Source of the DNA: Dehalococcoidia bacterium
GTDB lineage: Bacteria; Chloroflexota; Dehalococcoidia; Plut-88900
Assembly (NCBI GenBank): GCA_965207225.1
Contig: CBDBLV010000004.1
Span: forward strand, 192,001-256,000
DNA: 64,000 bases
Direction of reading: 5' to 3'
The notes below the pieces were generated by a model. The model did no database searches and was not told the origin of the DNA. It saw only the letters and a program-made list of their open reading frames with translations. This document shows, one piece after another, positions 1 through 8,359 of the stretch; within the stretch, counting starts at the first letter, position 1, and the number at the start of each line of letters is the position of its first letter. The position numbers were made by a program, and so were the translations under genes.

Positions 1-341
1 TAGGCATCGAAATCGGCGTCGGTGGCGCTCTTGCCTTCGAAAATGGTCACGCCAGCGTTGTTGACGAGGATGTCGATCTTTCCATATTTGGCGAGAGTCC
101 GGTCGACGAAGGAATCTATCTGGTCAGGGCTGGTGACGTCTGCTTTGACGGCGAGGCAGCGGCGACCGAGGTCACGGACCATCCGGGCGGTCTGCTCCAT
201 CATGTCGGTGCGTCGGGCGCAGACGGCGAGGTCGGCGCCGGCCTGGGCGAGGGCCTCGCAGAAGGTGACGCCCAGGCCGGAAGAGGCGCCGGTCACAACG
301 GCGATTTGGCCGCTCAGGTCGAAAAGGTCCTCGTGGGCCAT
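1..341 (-). CDS. Short-chain dehydrogenase/reductase (3' part outside the window)
   Basis: Manual translation from ATG 341: MAHEDLFDLSGQIAVVTGASSGLG...IDILVNNAG, with the SDR TGxxxGxG and NNAG motifs. GGAGG RBS lies 7 nt upstream. Not in the ORF track because the stop is outside the window. Confidence 0.9.
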   Translation of the reverse strand, partial: MAHEDLFDLSGQIAVVTGASSGLGVTFCEALAQAGADLAVCARRTDMMEQTARMVRDLGRRCLAVKADVTSPDQIDSFVDRTLAKYGKIDILVNNAGVTIFEGKSATDADFDA

Positions 342-408
342 TTTGTTACCTCCGCAGCCGGATTGCCGGCCTCTGGGCCGCAGCATGTACGTGTACAGCC
401 AGGATAAT

Positions 409-438
409 TTGACAGGCTCTTCACCGCAAACTTACAAT
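409..438 (+). promoter_or_regulatory. Sigma70-type promoter for the solute-binding protein array
   Basis: TTGACA (409-414), 18-bp spacer, TACAAT (433-438), in the divergent intergenic region. Confidence 0.6.
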
Positions 439-712
439 TGCGAGATATAGGCCTGCGGGCCGTTCCAAGACTACTGTGGGAAATGGCGGACAGATTGTAT
501 AACTCCACAGAAGCTGCTGACTGCCGCGTCCGAACCCTACCAACTTTATCGAACCTGTTTCGGTCAGTCCACCCAGGTGAGCTGATCAACACCCCGTGGT
601 CTTTGGAAACCAGGAGGTGTTGTATGCCCGATACCTAGCTCCTGAAAGTGAACCCGCTATCAATGCGGAGCAGACCGTCGGGTCTGTGGAAAATATATTG
701 AAAGGAAGAAAG

Positions 713-2107
713 ATGAGAGCAACCAAAAAGTCCAGGGTCAAGGGCTTGACCCGAAACAGGACCTTCCTGGCCCTGTTTGCGGTGCTGGCCCTAGCCCTGC
801 TGATCGCAGCCGCTTGTGGCGAAGCCGCAACGGCGACTCCCGAGCCCACAGCGGCGATGGAAGAGGAAGAAGAGGCAATGCCGGAGCCTACCGCCATGAT
901 GGAGGAGGAAGAAGAGGAAGAAGGCGAGGCGATGCCGGAGCCTACTCCCACCGCCATGATGGAAGAAGAGCCGGACGACGCCATGGAGGAGACCGGCATA
1001 CGGCCTCGCAGCGAGTGGACGGTCGAGAACCCGGCGACTAAAGAAGAGATCGAGGCAGAGCTGCAGAAATACCGGGGCCAGAGCCTGGTGTTCAGCTCCT
1101 GGGGCGGGGCCTATCAGTCCGCACAGCGGGAGGCATACGCCATTCCTTTCGCCGAGCAGTTCGGCATAGACATCATCGACGACTCGCAGCCGACGCTCGG
1201 TAACGTACGAGCACGGTCGCAGTCCGGCAACGTGACCTGGCACCTGTTTGACACGGGCACAGGCTCCATTCACCAGCTGTCCAACACCGGCGACCTGGAA
1301 GAGCTGGACTTCAGCATCATTGACAACCGGGACTACCTGGAAGTCACCAAGTCCCCGTACATCGGCGGCGGCGGCATCACCTGGTCCGAAGTCTGGGCAT
1401 ACAACACGGACGTGTTCCCGGCGGACAACCAGCCGCACACCATGACCGACATTTACGACACCGAGAATTTCCCCGGGCGCCGGGCGTGGGCCTACTACCC
1501 GGACCACGAGATGGTCTTCGTGCTGCTGTCCAAGAACCCCGAGCTCCTGGATACTGCCGAGGGTCGGGCCAGCCTGTCCGCTCTGACGGAAGAGCAGGTG
1601 GACGAAGCATTCGCGATCTTCGAGGAATACCGGGGCCAGGTTGACTGGTTCTGGCAGACGGGATCCGACTGCCCGCAGAACCTGATCAGCGGCGAGATGG
1701 CACTCTGCACCGCCTGGAACGGTCGAATCTTCGACGCTGCGAAGGAAGGCGAGCCTATCCGAGTGTGCTGGGAGTGCGGTCACGTACTCAACACCGGAGT
1801 GTTTGGGATAATCAAGGGTCTCAAAGAGCAGGACCCCAATGCATTCGAGCTGGCACAGCTCTACATGGCCTGGACCTCCTTCCCGGAGATCAATGCCCGG
1901 ATGGCGCAGTTCATCACCTACGGACCCATCAACACGAAGTCCCTGCCTTTCCTGGACGGGCCTGAGTACGATGAGGTTCGCGACGAGCTCCCGTCCTCCA
2001 CCGCCAACATCCCCTTCGCCATATTCAAGGACGAAGTACACGTTGGCGAGCAGACGGACATCTGGCGTGAGCGCTGGATTGCGTACCAGCAGACGTTCGA
2101 GAACTAA
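713..2107 (+). CDS. ABC transporter solute-binding lipoprotein, PotD/polyamine-like (copy 1)
   Basis: Lipobox IAAC, acidic Pro/Glu/Met linker, SWGGAYQ, FPGRR and WNGR motifs. Start moved to ATG 713 after an AAAGGAAG RBS. Confidence 0.9.
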   Translation: MRATKKSRVKGLTRNRTFLALFAVLALALLIAAACGEAATATPEPTAAMEEEEEAMPEPTAMMEEEEEEEGEAMPEPTPTAMMEEEPDDAMEETGIRPRSEWTVENPATKEEIEAELQKYRGQSLVFSSWGGAYQSAQREAYAIPFAEQFGIDIIDDSQPTLGNVRARSQSGNVTWHLFDTGTGSIHQLSNTGDLEELDFSIIDNRDYLEVTKSPYIGGGGITWSEVWAYNTDVFPADNQPHTMTDIYDTENFPGRRAWAYYPDHEMVFVLLSKNPELLDTAEGRASLSALTEEQVDEAFAIFEEYRGQVDWFWQTGSDCPQNLISGEMALCTAWNGRIFDAAKEGEPIRVCWECGHVLNTGVFGIIKGLKEQDPNAFELAQLYMAWTSFPEINARMAQFITYGPINTKSLPFLDGPEYDEVRDELPSSTANIPFAIFKDEVHVGEQTDIWRERWIAYQQTFEN

Positions 2108-2125
2108 ATAGTTCGCAAGCTAAAC

Positions 2126-2168
2126 TTAGGCGCTCCTCGGGAAGGCGGACTTTCCGGGGGGCGCCTAA
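2126..2168 (+). terminator. GC-rich stem-loop after SBP copy 1 (terminator or mRNA stabiliser)
   Basis: TTAGGCGCTCCTCGGGAAG...TTTCCGGGGGGCGCCTAA inverted repeat; no clear U-tract. Confidence 0.5.
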
Positions 2169-2204
2169 AGCCATTCAGGGATGCAACCAAGAGGAGCAGA
2201 CAGC

Positions 2205-3602
2205 ATGAAGAAAGCCTACGGATATCGGGGCAAGGGGCTGACGAGGCGAAGGACCCTTATCGGGTTGTTTGCCGTGTTGGCCCTTGCCCTTTTGATTGCA
2301 GCGGCCTGCGGCGAAGCCGCAACGGCTACTCCCGAGGCCATGGAGGAACCTACAGCGGCGCCGGAGCCGACGGCAGTGCCAGACGAGCCAGATGAGCCGG
2401 GCGACGCCATGGAGCCTACCGCGATGCCGGATGAACCGGATGACGCCATGGAGCCAACGGCGATGCCAGAACCGACCGCAGCGCCTTCCACCGGCTTACG
2501 GCCCCGGGATGAGTGGACTGTTGAAAACCCGGCGACCCGGGAGGAGATTGAGGCGGAGCTGGCGAAGTACCGGGGCCAGAGCCTGGTATTCAGCTCCTGG
2601 GGCGGCGCCTACCAATCCGCCCAGCGGTCGGCCTACGGCGTACCCTTTGCCGAGATGTTCGGCATCGAGATCATCGACGACAGCCAGCCCACGGTGGGCA
2701 GGGTGAGGGCGATGCAAGAGTCGGGGAACGTGACGTGGCACGTGTTCGACACGGGCGGCGGGTCCATCCACGCCCTGGCGCGAAGCGACTCCCTGGAACA
2801 CCTGGACTTTAGCGTGATCGATACCCGGGACTTCCTAGAAGTCCTGAAAGCTCCGTACATCGGAGGCGGTGGGATCACCTGGTCCGAGACCTGGGCGTAC
2901 AATTCGGACGTATACCCTGAGGGTAGCCAGCCCCAGAACATGGCGGACATCTACGATACGGAGAAGTTCCCCGGGCGCCGGTCCTGGAACCAGTTCCCCG
3001 AAGCCGAGATCGTCTTCGTGCTCCTGTCTAAAAACCCCGAACTCTTGGATACCCCCGAGGGTCGGGGCAACCTGGCCGCTCCCAACGAGGAACAGGTAGA
3101 CCAGGCTTTTGAGCTATTCGAAGAGTACCGGGACCACCCGGACATTTTCTGGACCACAGGCTCCGACTGCCCGCAGTTCCTGATCAGCGGCGAAGCCGAC
3201 ATGTGCACCAACTGGAACGGTCGTATCTACGATGCAGCCAAGGAAGGCGCACCCCTCAAGATCTGCTGGGAGTGCGGCCACGTCCTGAACACGGACGGGT
3301 GGGGCATAATCAAGGGGCTGAAAGACCAGGACCCCGAGAAATTCGAGCTGGCACAGCTGTTCATGGCCTGGACATCCTTCCCGGAGGTCAACTCCCGGAT
3401 GGCCCAGTTCATCACCTACGGCCCCGTCAACACCAAGGCTCTGGCAGCCCTGTCAGACCCGGTTTACGACGACGTCAGGGACGAACTTCCTTCTTCGCCC
3501 TCCAACATCCCCTTCGCCATCATCAACGATGAGGTACACCGGGCGGCAAACCTGGATGCCTGGCGCGAGAGGTACGAGGAATGGAAAGGCACGCTTAACT
3601 AG
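2205..3602 (+). CDS. ABC transporter solute-binding lipoprotein, PotD-like (copy 2)
   Basis: Same motifs as copy 1. GAGGAG RBS before ATG 2205; RRR in the signal peptide; IAAC lipobox. Confidence 0.9.
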   Translation: MKKAYGYRGKGLTRRRTLIGLFAVLALALLIAAACGEAATATPEAMEEPTAAPEPTAVPDEPDEPGDAMEPTAMPDEPDDAMEPTAMPEPTAAPSTGLRPRDEWTVENPATREEIEAELAKYRGQSLVFSSWGGAYQSAQRSAYGVPFAEMFGIEIIDDSQPTVGRVRAMQESGNVTWHVFDTGGGSIHALARSDSLEHLDFSVIDTRDFLEVLKAPYIGGGGITWSETWAYNSDVYPEGSQPQNMADIYDTEKFPGRRSWNQFPEAEIVFVLLSKNPELLDTPEGRGNLAAPNEEQVDQAFELFEEYRDHPDIFWTTGSDCPQFLISGEADMCTNWNGRIYDAAKEGAPLKICWECGHVLNTDGWGIIKGLKDQDPEKFELAQLFMAWTSFPEVNSRMAQFITYGPVNTKALAALSDPVYDDVRDELPSSPSNIPFAIINDEVHRAANLDAWRERYEEWKGTLN

Positions 3603-3618
3603 CCTGAAAACGCAAAGC

Positions 3619-3658
3619 AGGCGCCCCCTGGACGGGTATAGACCTCCGGGGGGCGCCT
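3619..3658 (+). terminator. GC-rich stem-loop after SBP copy 2
   Basis: AGGCGCCCCCTGGA...TCCGGGGGGCGCCT inverted repeat, similar to the one after copy 1. Confidence 0.5.
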
Positions 3659-3769
3659 CAGCATTATGACGCTGTAATACTAATGAGAGGAGGGTTTCGG
3701 AGCCGTATCCTGAATAACGATTGAACAATAAATCTGTCTGAAGAACCTTGATCGAGGGGAGGAAGAACT

Positions 3770-5173
3770 ATGAAGATATTTGAAAAGCGTCTCGGCGGAG
3801 GCTTGTTCTCCGGGAGGCGCTTCTTTGCACTCCTGGCCGTTCTGGCACTGGCTTTCCTGATTGCGGCGGCCTGTGGCGAGGCGGCTACAGCCACCCCCGA
3901 GGCCATGACGGAAGAGCCAACGGCGATGCCCGAACCCACGGCTATGCCGGATGAGCCAGACGATGCTATGCCGGAACCTACGGCCATGCCGGATGAGCCC
4001 GACGACGCCATGCCGGAACCCACGGCCATGCCCGACGAACCCGACGACGCCATGGAAGAGACCGGCCTAAGACCCAGGGAGGAGTGGACGGTCGAAAACC
4101 CGGCGACAAAGGAAGAGATCGAGGCGGAGCTGGAGAAATACCGGGGCCACAGCCTCGTGTTCAGTTCCTGGGGCGGGGCCTACCAGGCTGCCCAGCGCCA
4201 AGCCTATGGAATACCAATGGCGGACCAGTTCGGCATCGAAGTCATCGACGACGGGACGCCGATACTGGGCAAGATACGGGCGATGGAGGCCTCGGGCAAC
4301 ATCACCTGGCACGTGATTGACCAGGGCGGCGGGACCATACACAACCTAGGGAAGAATGGCTCGCTGGAAGACCTGGACTTCAGCGTCATAGACAACCGGG
4401 ACTTCCTGGAGATCCTGAAGGCTCCGTACATCGGTGGCGGGGGGATCACATGGTCGGAGGTATGGGCCTACAATGCGGATGTCTACCCGGAGGGCAACCG
4501 GCCCGACAGCATGGACGACTTTTACGACCCGGTGAACTTCCCCGGCAAACGTGCCTGGGCCTACTACCCACATGGAGAGATTAAGTTCGTGCTGCTGGCT
4601 GATAACCCGTCACTGCTGGAAACGGCGGAAGGAAGGGCCAGCCTAGCTGCCCCGAATGAAGAGCAGGTGGACCGCGCCTTCGAGCTCTTCGACGAATACC
4701 GAGACCAGGTCGACCTAATCTGGAATACTGGCTCGGACTGCCCGCAGCTGCTGATCAGCGGCGACCTGGACATGTGCACCGCCTGGAACGGTCGAATCTT
4801 CGATGCGGCCAGGGAGGGCGCACCGCTGAACATCTGCTGGGAATGCGGCTTCACGATCAACACCGACGCCATGGGCATAATCAAGGGCCTAAGGGACCAG
4901 GACCCCGAGGCATTTGACCTGGCGCAGTTGTTCATTGCCTGGACTTCACTACCGGAGGTCAACGCCCGGATATCCCTGTTCATCACCTACGGGCCGATAA
5001 ACCTCAAGTCGATTGCGGCATTGGAGGCTCCTGAATATGATGAAGTCAGAGACCAACTCCCTTCATCTGGGGCAAACGTACCCTTTGCCATCTTCAGCGA
5101 CGAAGAACACGGTCAGGTGTATGACGATGCATGGCGCGAGCGATACGATGTCTGGAAGCTGACCCTGCAGTAG
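3770..5173 (+). CDS. ABC transporter solute-binding lipoprotein, PotD-like (copy 3)
   Basis: GGAGG RBS, SGRRFF signal, IAAC lipobox, SWGGAYQ and WNGR motifs. Confidence 0.9.
   Translation: MKIFEKRLGGGLFSGRRFFALLAVLALAFLIAAACGEAATATPEAMTEEPTAMPEPTAMPDEPDDAMPEPTAMPDEPDDAMPEPTAMPDEPDDAMEETGLRPREEWTVENPATKEEIEAELEKYRGHSLVFSSWGGAYQAAQRQAYGIPMADQFGIEVIDDGTPILGKIRAMEASGNITWHVIDQGGGTIHNLGKNGSLEDLDFSVIDNRDFLEILKAPYIGGGGITWSEVWAYNADVYPEGNRPDSMDDFYDPVNFPGKRAWAYYPHGEIKFVLLADNPSLLETAEGRASLAAPNEEQVDRAFELFDEYRDQVDLIWNTGSDCPQLLISGDLDMCTAWNGRIFDAAREGAPLNICWECGFTINTDAMGIIKGLRDQDPEAFDLAQLFIAWTSLPEVNARISLFITYGPINLKSIAALEAPEYDEVRDQLPSSGANVPFAIFSDEEHGQVYDDAWRERYDVWKLTLQ
3926..4051 (+). repeat. Three 42-bp coding tandem repeats (MPEPTAMPDEPDDA) in the SBP3 linker
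   Basis: Units start at 3926, 3968 and 4010; identical peptides with synonymous codon differences. Confidence 0.9.
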
Positions 5174-5189
5174 GCCACTAGACGATAGC

Positions 5190-5235
5190 GCCGCCCCCGC
5201 AGGAGTAAAAACCTGCGGGGGCGGCTTTCATTTTT
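5190..5235 (+). terminator. Rho-independent terminator after SBP copy 3
   Basis: GCCGCCCCCGCAGG-loop-CCTGCGGGGGCGGC followed by TTTCATTTTT. Confidence 0.8.
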
Positions 5236-5337
5236 GGCTTCGAATTCCCAGCCAGCATTACATACGCTCACAATAAACAGAATAAGACTAAAGGAAGCAA
5301 GACTGTCTATGAAACTTGATTGAGGGGAGGAGGAACC

Positions 5338-6744
5338 ATGAAGATTCTTGAATGGCGTCTCGGTAGAGAGTTAATCTCTGGGAGGCGCTTCTTTGCGCTA
5401 TTGGCTGTGCTGACCCTAATTTTTTTGATAGCCGCCGCCTGTGGGGAGGCCGCTACCGCTACCCCCGAAGCACCTGCGGAAGAGGAAGCGCCCGCACCTA
5501 CGGCCACAGCCATGATGGCGGAAGAGGAAGAAGAGCCGGATACGGATGACGAAATGGAAGAAGAAGCGCCAGAGCCAACGGCTATGCCGGCCGAACCGAC
5601 AGCCATGCCGGAACCCACGGCCGTGCCGGCATCGGGCCTCAGGCCCAGGGACCAGTGGACCGTGGACAACCCCGCAACCCTCCAGGAGATAGAGAAAGAG
5701 CTGGAGAAATACCGGGGACATAGCCTGGTGTTCAGTTCCTGGGGAGGTGCGTACCAATCCGCCCAGCGGAAGGCTTACGCCATACCTTTCACGGACAAGT
5801 TCGGCATAGAGGTGATCGACGACAATCAGCCTCTGCTATCGAAAGTGAGAGCGATGGCAGAGTCAGGCAACGTTACCTGGCATGTCTTCGACACGGGTGC
5901 AGCGTCGATACACACCCTGGGCAAGACCGGGGCCCTGGAGGATTTGGACTTCAGCATCATCGACACCCGGGACTTTTTCGAAGTGCTCCGGGCGCCGTAC
6001 ATCGCAGGAGGCGGCGCTACCTGGGGAGAGACGTGGGCCTACAACACGGATTCCTATCCGGAGGGTCAGCGACCACAGACAATGGCAGACATCTACGACC
6101 CTGAAAAGTTCCCGGGCCGTCGGGCGTGGGCCTACTACCCCGACCCTGAAATGGTGTTTGTCCTGCTGTCCAAAAACCCAGAACTGCTAGAGACTCCTGA
6201 AGGTCGTGAAAGTCTGGCCGCTCTCACGCCGGAGCAGGCCGACCGGGCCTTCGAACTTTTCGAGGAGTACAAAGACCAGGTGACCCTGATATGGCAGACG
6301 GGGTCCGACTGTCCGCAGCTTCTCATAAGCGGCGAGCTGGACATGTGCACCAACTGGAATGGTCGTATCTATGATGCCACTAAGGAAGGGGCACCCATCA
6401 AGATCTGTTGGGAATGCGGCTATCTCCTCAACACAGACGGTTGGGGCATCATCAGAGGACTCAAGGAGCAGGACCCCGAGGCATTCGACCTGGCCCAGCT
6501 ATTCCTGGCCTGGACCTCATTCCCGGAGATCAACGCCCGAATAGCCCAATTCATCACCTACGGGCCTGTAAACATCAAGTCCCTGCAGGCACTGGACGCC
6601 GCCGAGTACGATGACACCCGCGACGAGCTACCTTCGTCGGCATCCAATATCCCATACGCCATCTTTAAGGATGAGGAACATGTGGCAGTGAACCAGGATG
6701 CCTGGCGGGAGAGATATGCTACCTTCACTCAAGCCTTGCAATAG
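5338..6744 (+). CDS. ABC transporter solute-binding lipoprotein, PotD-like (copy 4)
   Basis: GGAGGAGG RBS before ATG 5338, SGRRFF signal, IAAC lipobox, same core motifs. Confidence 0.9.
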   Translation: MKILEWRLGRELISGRRFFALLAVLTLIFLIAAACGEAATATPEAPAEEEAPAPTATAMMAEEEEEPDTDDEMEEEAPEPTAMPAEPTAMPEPTAVPASGLRPRDQWTVDNPATLQEIEKELEKYRGHSLVFSSWGGAYQSAQRKAYAIPFTDKFGIEVIDDNQPLLSKVRAMAESGNVTWHVFDTGAASIHTLGKTGALEDLDFSIIDTRDFFEVLRAPYIAGGGATWGETWAYNTDSYPEGQRPQTMADIYDPEKFPGRRAWAYYPDPEMVFVLLSKNPELLETPEGRESLAALTPEQADRAFELFEEYKDQVTLIWQTGSDCPQLLISGELDMCTNWNGRIYDATKEGAPIKICWECGYLLNTDGWGIIRGLKEQDPEAFDLAQLFLAWTSFPEINARIAQFITYGPVNIKSLQALDAAEYDDTRDELPSSASNIPYAIFKDEEHVAVNQDAWRERYATFTQALQ

Positions 6745-6771
6745 GACAGAGTGGGAGTAGAGGCGGAACAC

Positions 6772-6804
6772 AATGGGGGCCGGACTATTGGTCCGGCCCC
6801 CATT
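6772..6804. terminator. Stem-loop between convergent SBP4 and epoxide hydrolase genes
   Basis: AATGGGGGCCGGAC-TATTG-GTCCGGCCCCCATT, a perfect 14-bp stem. Confidence 0.65.
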
Positions 6805-6836
6805 CTTGGCCTTCAGGTTACGAGGGTCAGTCCTGT

Positions 6837-7985
6837 CTAGCGGAATTGGCGGAAGAACTCTCGCATGTCCTGGGCCAGCTCCTGGGGTTTTTCCATGGCG
6901 GCGAAATGGCCGCCTCGGGGGAATTCGGTCCATCTCTGGACGTTGTGGGAACGATCGGCCCATTCTCTAACGGGGCGGTCGAGCTCTTCGGGGAAGACGG
7001 CCACGGCGGTAGGGACGTTAATTCTCTCGCCCTGGGCCATGCGCCAGTTGTCTTTTCGGGTCTCGTAGTAGATGCGGGTAGAGGAATTAATGGTCCCGGT
7101 GACCCAATAGAGGGTGACGTTGGTGAGGATCTGGTCCTTGGTGTAGACACTTTCGATGTCACCTTCGCAGTCGGACCAGGAGCGCCATTTTTCGACGATC
7201 CAGGCTGCGAGACCGGCTGGGGAGTCGTTGAGGCCGTAGGCGAGGGTCTGGGGTTTGGTGCCCTGGATGTGGCCGTAGGCGCCCTCGTCGTCTTCCCACC
7301 GGGCCAGTTCCTTCACGTATTGCTTTTCGGGGTCAGAGAGGGGTCGGGAGCCGGGGCCCAGGTAGGGCCTGCCTCCGAAGACCATGTTGATGTGGATGGC
7401 TTTGACCTTATCAGCGTGGCCAAAGCCCATCCTTGAGGAGATGGATGCTCCCCAGTCGCCGCCCTGGGCCACGTAACTATCGTAGCCGACCTGGTCCATC
7501 AGCCTGGCGAACACATCGGCGATGCCGTTGACGCCCATGCCGGGGACCTTAGGCATGCCGGAGAATCCATAGCCGGGCAGGGAAGGAGCAATCACGTCGA
7601 AAGAATCTTTGGGGTCGCCGCCGTGGGCTGCGGGGTCGGTGAGAAGGGGGATGAAGTCCAGGAATTCGGTGATGGAGCCGGGCCAGCCGTGGATGAGGAG
7701 GAGGGGAAGGGGGTCGGGGCCCCTGCCTCTCTCGTGGATGTAGTGGATGTCGAGGCCGTCAACCTCGGTGATGAACTGGGAGTAGCGATTGATCTTCGCT
7801 TCCTGCTCTCTCCAGTCAAACTCCTCGATCCAGTAGTCGACCAGCTCCTTGAGGTAGGCCAGGTTTGAGCCATAGTCCCAACCGGAATCAGGGATTTCGT
7901 CGGGCCAGCGGGTGCGTTTCAGGCGCTGTTGCAGGTCATCAAGTATGTCTTGCTTTATGTTTGCTCGAAACGGTGAAGCGGGCAT
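6837..7985 (-). CDS. Epoxide hydrolase (microsomal-type, alpha/beta fold with EHN N-terminal domain)
   Basis: HGWPGS oxyanion motif, QGGDWG nucleophile, GGHFAA catalytic His, N-terminal 'RL..TRWP...WDYG' segment. Confidence 0.92.
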   Translation of the reverse strand: MPASPFRANIKQDILDDLQQRLKRTRWPDEIPDSGWDYGSNLAYLKELVDYWIEEFDWREQEAKINRYSQFITEVDGLDIHYIHERGRGPDPLPLLLIHGWPGSITEFLDFIPLLTDPAAHGGDPKDSFDVIAPSLPGYGFSGMPKVPGMGVNGIADVFARLMDQVGYDSYVAQGGDWGASISSRMGFGHADKVKAIHINMVFGGRPYLGPGSRPLSDPEKQYVKELARWEDDEGAYGHIQGTKPQTLAYGLNDSPAGLAAWIVEKWRSWSDCEGDIESVYTKDQILTNVTLYWVTGTINSSTRIYYETRKDNWRMAQGERINVPTAVAVFPEELDRPVREWADRSHNVQRWTEFPRGGHFAAMEKPQELAQDMREFFRQFR

Positions 7986-8030
7986 GGTTGGTCTCCTGTA
8001 ATGGCTGTTTATGTAGAGTAGGCGGGTCGT

Positions 8031-8219
8031 TCAACTCGCCTGAATTTCGGTTATGGCGTCGACGAGCCTGGCGGCCCAGTCCTGCATCTGCTCTTCTATG
8101 TCCGAGCCACAGTGAGGGCAGTCCAGGTCTCCGAAGCGGAGGCTGATACGGCAGTCTCGGCATTCGGGTCTTTCGGCGATTATCCTGAAAGCTGCCTGGA
8201 TTTGAGATTCAGTAGCCAT
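8031..8219 (-). CDS. Small 62-aa Zn-ribbon protein
   Basis: MATESQIQ...CRDC...CPHC...; two CxxC pairs. Start chosen at ATG 8219. Confidence 0.65.
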   Translation of the reverse strand: MATESQIQAAFRIIAERPECRDCRISLRFGDLDCPHCGSDIEEQMQDWAARLVDAITEIQAS

Positions 8220-8359
8220 ATTGTCTCGCTTCTCAATGAGAAATCGGGATGCAGCGACGGGCGTCGGGGGAAAGGGCCGGTGTTTTGATGATATGATAAC
8301 AGGCAACTGACTTTGACTTTGCCGCACTTTATTCCGTTCAAACACGTCGTCTACCCAAA

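Noticed and set aside
549-562. LexA-like box upstream of SBP1 (CGAACCTGTTTCG)
   Set aside because: Spacing is one base short of GAAC-N4-GTTC and the downstream gene has no SOS link.
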